Below, piece after piece: positions 19,598 through 30,416 of a DNA stretch of 64,000 bases. This DNA comes from a virus. The notes beneath the pieces are model-generated. The model saw nothing but the letters and a program-made list of their open reading frames with translations, did not search any database and was not told where the DNA came from. Made by a program: the position numbers and the translations under genes. Where the stretch lies: positions 32,001 through 96,000 of IMG/VR virus record IMGVR_UViG_3300025141_008848, one strand, 5' to 3'. Numbering within the stretch: the stretch's first letter is position 1; each line of letters begins with the position of its first letter.

Positions 19598-20680
19598 ATG
19601 GCAGAAGATTTAAATTATAAAAACCTATTAAATAATTTTATAGATAGTAGTAAATTATATTCTCTAGATGTTAAAACTAGACTGAATAATTTATTCCTAT
19701 ACTCCAGTATGGGAAATGTAGAAGAAATAATGTTTTCTAGAAATTTTTATACTGGTACATTAGGAACAACTTCAGGTAATCTAGTGGGCATACCAAATGA
19801 GGTTATAAGTAGGATAACAACTTATTATACAACTCTTAAACAAAATATAAGTGGGGAAACCACCACAATACAAATAAAACTTAATGAGTGTGCCCCATCA
19901 GAATATGAAAAATTATATATTAAAAATGTACTATACACTACATTAGAACAACAATTAAATGAGGTAATGAGACAAACAATAACGGTAGTTAATAGTTTTA
20001 GAGGCCTACAAGAAAATATCACTAAAACAATAGATAAATTAAATTTTATAACTACTAATAGTTACGATGGACAATATATCGACCCTAATGGTGGTAGAGT
20101 AGTAGCTTTACAACTAACAGGGACCACCGCATTAAATACATTAACCACTAGTTATAATACCAGTAATACCTACTTAAATACCTTTATAACTAATCATATT
20201 AATACAACGTTCCCAAAAAACTATCCCTCGAATGAGGAATATCTTTTCTTTAGTCCACTTATCTATACAAATGATTCACTCATATTTACATTTAATAATA
20301 GAGTACAATTAGAAAAATTATTAAAATATAGAAAAAGTACTCTATATGATGATTTAATAAAAGAAGATAAATCTGGAAAAAATGGGTTATATACTAGTAC
20401 CAAAATCAGATTTCAGGAAAAACTAAATAAAATAATAAGACCATGGATAGATTACGATACTAGTTTATTAGAACCTAGATTCACATCGAAGGTAGATTTA
20501 GGATATGAAACATTAATTGGTAGTTTAAATAATTATTATGTAGATTTTAAAGTGGGGTACAGTATCAATACCGGATATACCGCAGAAAATCTAATTAGAG
20601 TTAATTTACGTGATAAAAACATGGGAATAAGTGACAATAAGTTCAACTATAAAATGGAACAACAATTATACGTTAGTTAA
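19598..20680 (+). CDS. Hypothetical structural protein
   Basis: Long ORF within the baseplate operon. No motif recognised. Confidence 0.5.
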   Translation: MAEDLNYKNLLNNFIDSSKLYSLDVKTRLNNLFLYSSMGNVEEIMFSRNFYTGTLGTTSGNLVGIPNEVISRITTYYTTLKQNISGETTTIQIKLNECAPSEYEKLYIKNVLYTTLEQQLNEVMRQTITVVNSFRGLQENITKTIDKLNFITTNSYDGQYIDPNGGRVVALQLTGTTALNTLTTSYNTSNTYLNTFITNHINTTFPKNYPSNEEYLFFSPLIYTNDSLIFTFNNRVQLEKLLKYRKSTLYDDLIKEDKSGKNGLYTSTKIRFQEKLNKIIRPWIDYDTSLLEPRFTSKVDLGYETLIGSLNNYYVDFKVGYSINTGYTAENLIRVNLRDKNMGISDNKFNYKMEQQLYVS

Positions 20681-20685
20681 TAGAT

Positions 20686-21003
20686 ATGAGTTATTATAAT
20701 AGATATAATGAATTTATTGTTAATGGAGATTATATTATGGTCCCTAGCATAAGACTATCACCCAAATCCAGTGATAGAAAAATAGTTTATAAAGTTGGGA
20801 AAACTAGATTAGATAAACTCTCAGAACAATTTTACACATCACCGTATTACGGTTGGCTAATAATGCAAGCAAACCCAACTTACGGTGGACAAGAATGGAA
20901 TATACCAGACGGGACCATAATTACCGTACCATTCCCATTAATGCAATCACTAGAGGACTATAAATCAAAATTAGACCAACACTTCCTCTATTATGGCAGA
21001 TAA
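20686..21003 (+). CDS. Baseplate wedge LysM-like protein (T4 gp53/P2 gpX-like)
   Basis: 'TRLDKLSEQFYTSPYYGWLIMQANP...IPDGTIITVP' matches the LysM/gp53 pattern. Confidence 0.8.
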   Translation: MSYYNRYNEFIVNGDYIMVPSIRLSPKSSDRKIVYKVGKTRLDKLSEQFYTSPYYGWLIMQANPTYGGQEWNIPDGTIITVPFPLMQSLEDYKSKLDQHFLYYGR

Positions 21004-24000
21004 ATTAAATTCAGGAAATATACTCACCACACAAATAGGTGGTAATGTTGTACTCATAGACCCGAATAAGATAGTTACATCAGATGGTGAGGTCAAAGAT
21101 AGATTAGTAGAACAAGAAGATTTTGTGATGTATGCTAATTTAACAGCTAAAATTTTTCCACGTAGTAAATTATTAGTTGGGGCAGCAGCTGGAGACGAGA
21201 TAAGGGTAGAAATTGCAGGTGGGGATTTAAATTTCTTAAAACCAGAAGGGAAAAGTTCCTTGGACTCAGATTGGACCGAAGCATTCACTAATCCAGATGT
21301 AAATAAAAAAATTAAAACAACGACTAAGGCAGGTGTAGAGATAGCTACTGATATACAAAACCGAAATGACTTCCAAGGGTTTGGAATAACATCTATAAGT
21401 ATTAAAGTAAATTCCTCCTATATACCCCAAGTAAGTATAAACTTTACCGATATTCGAGGTAAAACGCTATTTGAACAAGCAAAAGTTAATACACCCTACA
21501 CAGCTTTTTTTCACCTACCATACCCCACATTTTTTTTAACATTAAAAGGTTATTACGGTAAAGCGGTACAATATCAGTTAACTTTAGAAAAATTTGTATC
21601 GAGATTTGACCCTAGTAGTGGAGACTATTTGGTTACATGTGATTTTAAAGGTAATCATATAGCATTACTAAGGGATATAAATATGCATGAAGCGGTGACG
21701 GCACCCTACATGTACCCAACTAGACAAGACCCAAAGAGTGGAGATGTCACAATGACCAAAGGAAGACAAACATTAGGGGAGGTATATAGAGAATACTATA
21801 CTAAAGGATTGATTGGAGATGACATCTATGAAAGACAATATACTATAGTAGAACTTATAGAAAAAATTCAAGCGATAGATAATGATATGTCCGAGGTATT
21901 TGGTAAGGCTAATTTGGAATCTACCACACATAAATTAGAATTCGCAGAAACTTTGAAGAAATTTAAAGAAGGTGTTATGGGTAAAAAGGGATGGGCTGGT
22001 AAATATCTAGACACTAGACAAATAATGAGAAGGGATATAACTGTAGACGAACCCCCACTTCCCGTATTTAATTCTGACGGTACATTAAATCACAACCCTT
22101 CTAATACCGGAAGAACAATCACAACCGCTGCATATCCTTTAAAAGGGATGTCAGCCACAACATTAGAGACAGACCCCACAAAAAAATTAGATGCTGTAAA
22201 GAAAATTAAAGATAAGGCTGAACAGGCATTAGAAGCAATAACAACTAAGTATATAAAGTTACTGTCTCAAAACCCAACGTTTAATTTTAATAGTGATGAA
22301 GAAGGTGGTAAATATGCGGTAAAAACTCGGCTTAACGACCCTTCATTTAATGTGTTTGAGAATGCACAAGTTAAAGGCAATGTTACAATTGGAACCACCA
22401 CAACACAATTAAACCAAAATGTAGCACCCTGGTTTGTTTTTGAGGGTGGCCAAGATAGCTTCATGACTATATGGCTCATAACAAAAAGAGTGTTTGAAAG
22501 TAAAGGGGAACAATTAGCTAATGATTTAAGTGTTAAATTAAATAGTAGACTACAAAAAGTAATAGGATTTAAACCCACCATTAGAAATGTATTCTCTATT
22601 ATTTTAGCTGGTGCAGATACTTTTCTTAAATTATTAGATGATGTACATGTAGATGCGTTTGCACAACGTACCAACGAACAAAGATTAGCAGCCGCTAATT
22701 CATCTGATGATACAATAAAAAATGTACCAAAAGACAAACAAATAGTTTATCCATGGCCCCAATATTATAAAATTGAAGACCAACAAAAAGGGGAGGGATG
22801 TAGCACAACTTCTTCTGTTTTAACTTATCCTGGGGCAAATGACGTTATAGCGAATACATTAGCTAATAATAGTAAAATTTGGCCAGAAGTAGCTTTTGTA
22901 GAAGAATACACAAAAGCGACAAATTATAAATTTGCCACCTTCAACCCAACAGTTGTTAATGAAGGGGTAGATAAAGACTTTACACCAATAACTGTGGAGG
23001 ATTGGCCACCAACACTAACCCCATACGATAATCCCGAAGATGTAGAAATATGGTTTGAAATTTTAAATAGAGCACAATCAGTTGCTTTAAAGGGTGGTCT
23101 CACAACACGATATCCTAGCTCAACAACACAAGTAGGTTCAGCTATAAGTGAACTTGCAACGTATGATGGTTTAAATCTATACAAAAGAATAAGAGATTAT
23201 GCTACGAGGAAACAGATTTTTTTAGATATAGCTGGACTAACCCAAATACTAAGTATTATATCAGAAGCGGAACCATCTAGATTTTTTTTGTATCAAACAT
23301 TTGGGGTGATTACACCATATGACACAAAACCCACATTTACTCTAAACTATAAACCAAACGCTTATACCGTAGTTGGACAAGAATTTAGTATAAATTCAAC
23401 AGCTTTGGCAATAGGTAAAATGCCCGGATTTTGGGATTTAGCTCCATGCATTTGGGGACCATGGGCACAAGAGAATTATGCAAATGGTAGGTCTACCGAA
23501 ATGTCACCAAACACTTTCTACAACATATCAAAAAATCTAACGTATGATATATTTGAAAAAAATGTTTTAACAGATACATGGACCACATTATATCTTACAA
23601 AAGGAAAATATAATTCTAATAATTTTATAGATGCGGACCAAGAACAAGCAGTGGAGAGAAGTTATAATGCATATCATTTGAATAGTGTTGATACAGTTGA
23701 TGAAGCATATGAATCTTATATAGAGCACAAACTAGTAACTGAAGGAGAAATACACATTAATCCCTCTACAACACTACCACCGACCGACCCACTAGGAAAC
23801 CCAACCGCGGTATCGTCTAGTTCAAATGCACAACCAACCAGACTAACATCCATGTTAAATACCCCTTATTTCATTAACTCATTGTTGGTGGGGGTTGATA
23901 TGGAAAAAAATAATACAACTCCTAATCCATATACACAATCAGCCTACCTATTTTTAAATTCATTACCATTACCTACTTTTAGAGAAAAAGCTTTATCTAC

Positions 24001-27000
24001 TAACGCAGAAGGAAATGAAGAATTTGGTGACTATATTTCCCAAATGTTTAATCAAATGCCTGCTGTACACAAGATACCAGTTTCTCTAATGTTAAAAATA
24101 GGTTCTATATGGTGGAGATATAAAGAACAAGTAAGGACACAAGTAGACCCACTATCATCAATATGGGGAAATATAGGATTTGCCACTGCTATTCCTGGAT
24201 TTACTGGTCCCGCTAATGTATATGATGATGTTAATGGTAATTTAAATACACTGAATTATTATAATGTAAATATAAATGGTAATACTTACCCTTATACCAC
24301 ACAACAAAATGTTACTAAGATTATGCAGGTTGGTGTGTATCCAGCTTTAATAAATGCCATAAATTTTATCGCTACCGGTACGGACACTTACGTGAATATT
24401 GGTGCAGGTCAAGTATTAAATAACTTAGTTGGGGCCGGAAGACCACTAACTATAAAACCTAACTCTAATTTAAAGTATACCGCAACTGATGGTACCGAAG
24501 TAAACTTCTATGATGTATATTTGAATTCAGCAAACATAACTTCACCTACCAACATCAGTACTCCGAATCAACCAGCACAGAATGATTTTCACATTCTTTA
24601 TCCTTCATCAGGTGGACTAGAACAAACAGACGCAAGTACTTATGACACAACAACTTTTGGGAATACAGCTTTACATAATGGAGCCTCAAGAATTCTATGG
24701 GGAGCTTCTAACTATGGTTATTTTGAGCATCGTCCAGGATACCAACCTACAGAATTCCAATACTTTAAAAAAATAGATAATACAAAAGATGAACAAGAAG
24801 CTTGGGAATTTAGAGAACTTGGTGACTACTCGACTATAGAAGTATTAAGAGGGGTGTTTAACACCGAACAATTAGATGCTTTTGAACAAGAATTTCTAAC
24901 ATTCTCAACACCACTAGGGTCTACTAGCCTTGGAGGTTCCTTAAAACAACTAATTAAAGAATTGGTGGTTGTTGAAAAGTCATGGGTGGAGACAGTAGCT
25001 CCAACTGCTTGGGGGTCATCGGTTGGTAGTAACAAATTAGCTGAAGCACAATTACTAAAATTTAATACTTCTATGTTTCACTTTTTAAATAAAAAAGTAG
25101 AATATATTCATAGAACAACCACTAATTTAGACTTAGTAGTAGGTAATGAAACATTATTACAAAGATTGAATTACATACACATGGTAAATAATAATGAAAT
25201 CAATACCACCAAAAACTCAAATAACATATCAGAAATTTATGGTACGTATTCTTCAAGTGTGGTACCAATTCCAGCTTCAGGGAGTCTAATAGGATTCCCA
25301 ACCAACCCACCAGCATACCAAGCAGTTAGAATATTTGTTGGTGAATATTACGCGAGTTCATTGGACCCACAGTTTGGTACACTAACACCAGAAAATCTAG
25401 CCAACCCCATATATAATTTTTTCACTACAATTAATAAAATAACACCAGATGGTATAGAGTTTAATGCAGCCAACGTTCGAGATTTCGCTCCACTTATTAA
25501 GTTATATGCGTCCTATGTTGCATTAAATGGTGTAGTACCTAATGGTGCAGCAGAGTTTTTAGATATTCTTATGGTTGAGGTAGATAGTTTACAACAACCA
25601 CAAGAATTATATATTAGTAATTTATTAACTGAAGTTAAAAAGTTAATAAAACAAAATCTAGAAAAAGATGACACAGCACTAACTGTTATAACAGATGATA
25701 GACCCGAAGTTAAATCCGATGACCTTAAACTAGAACTATACAACCAATTTAAAATAATTAATGATAGGTGGGTATCAGGAACTAACTTAACAGACCAGAC
25801 CCTATTTGAAAAATTTTTATTTTTAGATAGGGGAAACCAAGACATCGGAGACGAAGCAATTATTAATATTTGGGATATACTAAAACTGGATTCACCTTTC
25901 GAACAAACAAACTCTACAACCCTAACCCAAAGTGTCGCGAGTTACCTTAGTATAATATTAGGTAATAATTACTTTAATTTTATTCCACTGCCATCTTATA
26001 TAAATTTCTTTAGTGTGGAGAAGAAAGGATTAAACACCCAATTACAAGGAAATGCAATGTTTGGTACATTTAAAACAGTAGACTATATAGATTCTAGTCC
26101 TGCATTCCTATGTCAATACGTGGGAAAACCATCATCACAATTAAATGTTAAAACACCTAACAATGGTTATGAAGGAGACTCTTTTAAGTTTTCATCACCT
26201 AACAATCCACTAATAAGTGATGAGTGTGGAGATAAAGAGCTATCCAACAAAGTAATGGGATTCAATGTAGACTTTGGAATACCTAACCAAAACATTTTCG
26301 AGTCCATCACATTAGACCAATCACAATACCAGAACACCGCGGAAAGTTTTAAAATATTACAAAGTATGGCAGATTCAGGTGGTGGTGGTGCAACTTCACC
26401 AGCATCAGTATCATTATTTAATGTTTATGCTAGTAGGTCCTATACCGCAAAAGTATCTTGTGTGGGGAATGTTACCATACAGCCAACACAATATTTTCAG
26501 TTAAGGTACCTCCCTATGTTTAACGGGCCCTATTTAATTATTAATGTAGAACATGAAGTAAGACCAAATACTATTGAAACAAGTTTTGAAGGGGTAAGAG
26601 TACCACGACCAGTACTACCAAACATTAAAGACCTAATCCAACGAGTAAATAAAAAATTATATGAAAAAGCAGAAGAAAGATTAGGGGAGATACCTATAGA
26701 TTTATATTTTGACGCCTTAAGTGCAACAAAAAGTCAGAAAAACTTAGACAACACTAAAAATAATCATATAGCAAGTGCAACTACATTCCAGTCACCAGAG
26801 ATAGTAGCGGATAATGTAAGTTGGCAGGACGTCACATTATCAGCGGGAACCTTTGCGGTAACACCTAACGAAGACCCAGAAAAATTACATTTAGGGGTAG
26901 ACATATGCCCAACCTCTGATAAGTTACAAGATGCAAGTGATACGAATGGTGGAATATTAGTATACCCAACCATATACGGGAAAGTTACAAAGGTTGTTGA

Positions 27001-27352
27001 TGGATGCAAACCACTAGAAAAAGAAAATAACTGTGCTAAGTATGGAAATCATATAGAGATTAAAACCAGTATAAATGTAAATCCTAATGAAGATGAGACT
27101 GCTTACTATCTTACTAGGTATGCATTTCTAAGAGAGGGTGTTTTAGTAAACCTTGGTGATGAAATTTTAAGAAATGAAGTGGGGACCGGAACAGGAAAGA
27201 AAATTTTAGGTAAAATGGGGAATAGTGGACTATCCAAAGAAGTCCATCTTCATTTAGAAATAAAAAGAGGACTCAAGAAAAACGATAAAATAATAGAACA
27301 TTATTTAAATCCAACTTACTTCTTACCTAGATTTATAATCAGAAACAACTAA
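20993..27352 (+). CDS. Large baseplate hub protein with C-terminal M23 metallopeptidase
   Basis: Hub-like N-terminus ('FGITSISIKVNSSYIPQVSINFTDIRG') and C-terminal 'GNVTIQPTQYFQL..GPYLIINVEH'. M23 motifs 'HLGVD' (HxxxD), 'YGNHIEI' and 'MGNSGLS..VHLHLEI' (HxH). Confidence 0.75.
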   Translation: MADKLNSGNILTTQIGGNVVLIDPNKIVTSDGEVKDRLVEQEDFVMYANLTAKIFPRSKLLVGAAAGDEIRVEIAGGDLNFLKPEGKSSLDSDWTEAFTNPDVNKKIKTTTKAGVEIATDIQNRNDFQGFGITSISIKVNSSYIPQVSINFTDIRGKTLFEQAKVNTPYTAFFHLPYPTFFLTLKGYYGKAVQYQLTLEKFVSRFDPSSGDYLVTCDFKGNHIALLRDINMHEAVTAPYMYPTRQDPKSGDVTMTKGRQTLGEVYREYYTKGLIGDDIYERQYTIVELIEKIQAIDNDMSEVFGKANLESTTHKLEFAETLKKFKEGVMGKKGWAGKYLDTRQIMRRDITVDEPPLPVFNSDGTLNHNPSNTGRTITTAAYPLKGMSATTLETDPTKKLDAVKKIKDKAEQALEAITTKYIKLLSQNPTFNFNSDEEGGKYAVKTRLNDPSFNVFENAQVKGNVTIGTTTTQLNQNVAPWFVFEGGQDSFMTIWLITKRVFESKGEQLANDLSVKLNSRLQKVIGFKPTIRNVFSIILAGADTFLKLLDDVHVDAFAQRTNEQRLAAANSSDDTIKNVPKDKQIVYPWPQYYKIEDQQKGEGCSTTSSVLTYPGANDVIANTLANNSKIWPEVAFVEEYTKATNYKFATFNPTVVNEGVDKDFTPITVEDWPPTLTPYDNPEDVEIWFEILNRAQSVALKGGLTTRYPSSTTQVGSAISELATYDGLNLYKRIRDYATRKQIFLDIAGLTQILSIISEAEPSRFFLYQTFGVITPYDTKPTFTLNYKPNAYTVVGQEFSINSTALAIGKMPGFWDLAPCIWGPWAQENYANGRSTEMSPNTFYNISKNLTYDIFEKNVLTDTWTTLYLTKGKYNSNNFIDADQEQAVERSYNAYHLNSVDTVDEAYESYIEHKLVTEGEIHINPSTTLPPTDPLGNPTAVSSSSNAQPTRLTSMLNTPYFINSLLVGVDMEKNNTTPNPYTQSAYLFLNSLPLPTFREKALSTNAEGNEEFGDYISQMFNQMPAVHKIPVSLMLKIGSIWWRYKEQVRTQVDPLSSIWGNIGFATAIPGFTGPANVYDDVNGNLNTLNYYNVNINGNTYPYTTQQNVTKIMQVGVYPALINAINFIATGTDTYVNIGAGQVLNNLVGAGRPLTIKPNSNLKYTATDGTEVNFYDVYLNSANITSPTNISTPNQPAQNDFHILYPSSGGLEQTDASTYDTTTFGNTALHNGASRILWGASNYGYFEHRPGYQPTEFQYFKKIDNTKDEQEAWEFRELGDYSTIEVLRGVFNTEQLDAFEQEFLTFSTPLGSTSLGGSLKQLIKELVVVEKSWVETVAPTAWGSSVGSNKLAEAQLLKFNTSMFHFLNKKVEYIHRTTTNLDLVVGNETLLQRLNYIHMVNNNEINTTKNSNNISEIYGTYSSSVVPIPASGSLIGFPTNPPAYQAVRIFVGEYYASSLDPQFGTLTPENLANPIYNFFTTINKITPDGIEFNAANVRDFAPLIKLYASYVALNGVVPNGAAEFLDILMVEVDSLQQPQELYISNLLTEVKKLIKQNLEKDDTALTVITDDRPEVKSDDLKLELYNQFKIINDRWVSGTNLTDQTLFEKFLFLDRGNQDIGDEAIINIWDILKLDSPFEQTNSTTLTQSVASYLSIILGNNYFNFIPLPSYINFFSVEKKGLNTQLQGNAMFGTFKTVDYIDSSPAFLCQYVGKPSSQLNVKTPNNGYEGDSFKFSSPNNPLISDECGDKELSNKVMGFNVDFGIPNQNIFESITLDQSQYQNTAESFKILQSMADSGGGGATSPASVSLFNVYASRSYTAKVSCVGNVTIQPTQYFQLRYLPMFNGPYLIINVEHEVRPNTIETSFEGVRVPRPVLPNIKDLIQRVNKKLYEKAEERLGEIPIDLYFDALSATKSQKNLDNTKNNHIASATTFQSPEIVADNVSWQDVTLSAGTFAVTPNEDPEKLHLGVDICPTSDKLQDASDTNGGILVYPTIYGKVTKVVDGCKPLEKENNCAKYGNHIEIKTSINVNPNEDETAYYLTRYAFLREGVLVNLGDEILRNEVGTGTGKKILGKMGNSGLSKEVHLHLEIKRGLKKNDKIIEHYLNPTYFLPRFIIRNN

Positions 27353-27439
27353 TGTACTCGGCTTTATAAAACAGAATGAGACAATGTTGACTATTAATGA
27401 ATTTACATATATTTATAGATATATAAAAACTATACAATT

Positions 27440-27679
27440 ATGATTACAGAATCACTTAAACAAAAATTAGGAAATTTCATAGGTAAGAAAACGGATAATA
27501 TTGTAGAAAATGGACAAACACCAGAAGGACAACAAGTTTGTGACTTAGACACTGGAATTTGTTATACTATTAAAAGTAGAGATGGTTTAATAGAAAGAGT
27601 AGAAAATAGTATTAGAGTTAATAGAAAAGTACAGGTGGAATCACCATCAGGACAAGTAAAACAATTATTAAATGGGTAA
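27440..27679 (+). CDS. Small hypothetical protein
   Basis: 'VCDLDTGIC' motif. TATTTATA at 27410-27417. Confidence 0.55.
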   Translation: MITESLKQKLGNFIGKKTDNIVENGQTPEGQQVCDLDTGICYTIKSRDGLIERVENSIRVNRKVQVESPSGQVKQLLNG

Positions 27680-28451
27680 TAAAGTAGAAAAAGAGTTATT
27701 GGATGAATTAAAAAGATTCGCCCAAATAAACCATAACTTAAACAATCTAACGGAACAAAACATGGCCACTAATAATGGTTCAGGGTTTTTACAGACTCAA
27801 GGAGCATCCGACCTACTAAAAAAGTTCACTACTCGTCAAGAGATGGGGGAACAAGAAGAAGAGGAGGTGGACTTAGATATTCCTACTGACCCAGAAGCTG
27901 AAGTGGAAGATGTTGAAGTAGATATTCCTACTGACCCAGAAGCTGAAGTTGAGGATGTTGACTTAGATACTCCTACTGGTGAAGATGAAATACTTGACAC
28001 TGAAATAGACAGTGAAGTTGTAGATGATTCTGACTCTACAGAGTTAGATGTTACTGACCTAGTGGCAAAACAAGATGAGGTAAGTGATGAGTTAACCGAC
28101 CAAAAAGACATACTATCTAAAAACACACAGAGTTTAGACGATTTAATGGGTAAATTAACCGACCTAGAATCACACCTTAGTTCCATGGATAACATGGTTA
28201 GTAAAATTGAAGACCTAGAAGGTAAGTTAGAAGAATTCAGACCAAAAACAGAAGAAGAAAAATTAGGTTTAAGAAAACATGATAGTGGCCCATATAACAA
28301 AACACTAAGTGATTTCTTCACGGACAAAGAAGATGTTTTTGACAAAACAGGTAAAAAACAATATATTTTAACCAAAGATGATGTAGAAGACTACAGCGAA
28401 GCCGACATACAAAAGAGCTTCTCAACCCCAGAAGACGAAGAGGAAAATTAA
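27672..28451 (+). CDS. Acidic coiled-coil protein (scaffold/internal-head-like)
   Basis: 'LLDELKRFAQINHNLNNLTEQ' N-terminus, acidic repeats and a heptad coiled coil. Confidence 0.55.
   Translation: MGNKVEKELLDELKRFAQINHNLNNLTEQNMATNNGSGFLQTQGASDLLKKFTTRQEMGEQEEEEVDLDIPTDPEAEVEDVEVDIPTDPEAEVEDVDLDTPTGEDEILDTEIDSEVVDDSDSTELDVTDLVAKQDEVSDELTDQKDILSKNTQSLDDLMGKLTDLESHLSSMDNMVSKIEDLEGKLEEFRPKTEEEKLGLRKHDSGPYNKTLSDFFTDKEDVFDKTGKKQYILTKDDVEDYSEADIQKSFSTPEDEEEN
27874..27978 (+). repeat. 45-bp coding tandem repeat (about 2.3 copies)
   Basis: TAGATATTCCTACTGACCCAGAAGCTGAAGT at 27874 and 27919, partial copy at 27964. Encodes DIPTDPEAEVEDV(E/D). Confidence 0.9.
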
Positions 28452-28462
28452 ACCTCACTTCA

Positions 28463-28494
28463 TTTGACATCCCAAAACTATATTCCTATATTTA
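28463..28494 (+). promoter_or_regulatory. Host-sigma (early/middle) promoter for the replication operon
   Basis: Reads as TTGACA-N17-TATATT (28464-28492) and equally as TTTG-N20-TATATTTA. Confidence 0.65.
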
Positions 28495-28535
28495 TCCATA
28501 TGTTTATTAATTAATAATATTTAAAAAAAAAATTT

Positions 28536-29402
28536 ATGAGTAATAGTTTAGATGCTGTATTAGCCCAATACGAAAAAAACAAAGTTAGTGGTAGTTCCAC
28601 AAAACCACAGATGACATCCGAGGAAAGAATGAAACAATATCTTTCCATTATGTTACCAAAAGGAACAAAACAAGGAGAAAAAAGAATTAGAATAGTACCC
28701 ACATCAGATGGTTCATCACCATTTAAAGAGGTATTTTTTCATAATATACAAGTACAAGGAAGATGGCAAAAAATTTATGACCCAGGAAAAGATGAACATG
28801 GGAAACCATCTGGAGAAAGAAGTCCATTAAATGAAGTTGAAGAAGCTTTAAGATTAGCTGGTGATGCACAATCAAAAGAATTAGCACGCTCTTATCGTTC
28901 ACAAAAATTTTATATTGTAAAAGTTGTTGATAGAGATAATGAAGAAGATGGTGTAAAATTTTGGAGATTTAAACATAATTGGAAAGGCGACGGACCAATA
29001 GATAAGATTATCCCTATTTGGAGAAATAAAGGTGATGTTACTGATATTAATGAAGGAAGAGACTTAATTTTAATCCTACAAACAGTACCTTTACCAGGTG
29101 GAAGAGGAGAATATACTACAGTATCTTCAGTTATGTATGAAGACCCAGGAAAATTATCAGAAGACACAACATTACTAAAAGAGTGGACAGAAGACGAAAG
29201 AACTTGGAAAGATGTATATTCACAAAAACCAGTAGAATATTTAGAAGCTATTTCTAAAGGATTGGACCCAGTTTGGGATTCAGAACTTAAAAAATATGTT
29301 TATGATGACCCTAATAGTGTTAAGAACGCAACCAATACATCTACGATAGGTTCAACCGACCCACAAGCAAACGACCCACAATCCGAAGACTTACCATTTT
29401 AA
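28536..29402 (+). CDS. Single-stranded DNA-binding protein (T4 gp32-like)
   Basis: 'IRIVP', 'VVDRDNEEDGVKFWRF', 'DVTDINEGRDL' and an acidic tail ending 'EDLPF'. Confidence 0.8.
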   Translation: MSNSLDAVLAQYEKNKVSGSSTKPQMTSEERMKQYLSIMLPKGTKQGEKRIRIVPTSDGSSPFKEVFFHNIQVQGRWQKIYDPGKDEHGKPSGERSPLNEVEEALRLAGDAQSKELARSYRSQKFYIVKVVDRDNEEDGVKFWRFKHNWKGDGPIDKIIPIWRNKGDVTDINEGRDLILILQTVPLPGGRGEYTTVSSVMYEDPGKLSEDTTLLKEWTEDERTWKDVYSQKPVEYLEAISKGLDPVWDSELKKYVYDDPNSVKNATNTSTIGSTDPQANDPQSEDLPF

Positions 29403-29411
29403 TTAAGGATT

Positions 29412-30416
29412 ATGGCATTGAAAAAAAGAACATTTTCAGAACTGAAAAACAAGTTTTCAAAGAAAGCTAACTTTAAACCAGAAAGATTTTTTGATTTAGG
29501 GAAAGCTTTTCTTGATGCTACCGGACTACCAGGACCAGCAATGGGACATCTACAAATGTTTCTTGGCCATTCAGATACCGGTAAAACTACAGCTTTAATT
29601 AAAGCAGCTGTTGATGCACAAAATAAAGGAATTTTACCAGTATTAATTATTACTGAACAAAAATGGGGATTCGAACACGCTAAACTTTTGGGTTTTGATT
29701 GTGAAGAAGTGGTAGACCAAACTACTGGTGAAGTAGATTGGGACGGATTCTTTCTTTTTAATAACGACTTTCAGTATATAGAAGAAATTACGGACTATAT
29801 TAATACTTTATTAGATGCACAAGCTAAAGGTGAATTAGAATATGATTTATTATTTTTATGGGATTCTGTTGGTTCAGTACCCTGTAAAATGACTTTTGAT
29901 GGGAAAGGTGGTAAAATGCATAATGCAGCAACTTTAGCTGATAAAATTGGTATGGGATTAAACCAAAGGATAGGTAAATCCAGAAGACAAGATTCAAAAT
30001 ATACAAACACCCTAGTTGTGGTAAATCAACCCTGGGTGGAATTACCCGACAACCCATTTGGACAACCAAAAATTAAAGCAAAAGGAGGAGAATCTTTATG
30101 GTTAAACTCTACTTTAGTTTTTAGGTTTGGGAACCAAAAAAATGCAGGAACTACAAATATTTCTGCTGTTAAAGATAAAAGAAAAGTAAAATTTGCCACT
30201 AGGACAAAAATAACTATTATGAAAAATCACGTAAATGGTTTAGGTTATGAGGATGGTAAAATTTTAATAACCCCACACGGTTTTGTTTCAGGCAGAGAAC
30301 CGGTAGAAGAGAAAAAATCAATTGAAAAATATAAACAAGAATACGCTACATTTTGGAGTGACCAACTAGGTTCCGGTGGTGAATTCGACTTAAAAATAGA
30401 AAAAGAAAATGACTAA
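29412..30416 (+). CDS. RecA/UvsX-like recombinase
   Basis: Walker A 'GHSDTGKTT', Walker B 'LFLWDSVGS', 'VVVNQ' and 'KGGES'. Confidence 0.85.
   Translation: MALKKRTFSELKNKFSKKANFKPERFFDLGKAFLDATGLPGPAMGHLQMFLGHSDTGKTTALIKAAVDAQNKGILPVLIITEQKWGFEHAKLLGFDCEEVVDQTTGEVDWDGFFLFNNDFQYIEEITDYINTLLDAQAKGELEYDLLFLWDSVGSVPCKMTFDGKGGKMHNAATLADKIGMGLNQRIGKSRRQDSKYTNTLVVVNQPWVELPDNPFGQPKIKAKGGESLWLNSTLVFRFGNQKNAGTTNISAVKDKRKVKFATRTKITIMKNHVNGLGYEDGKILITPHGFVSGREPVEEKKSIEKYKQEYATFWSDQLGSGGEFDLKIEKEND

Noticed and set aside
27874-27978. CRISPR array
   Set aside because: The repeat is an in-frame 45-bp coding duplication with no unique spacers and no cas genes.
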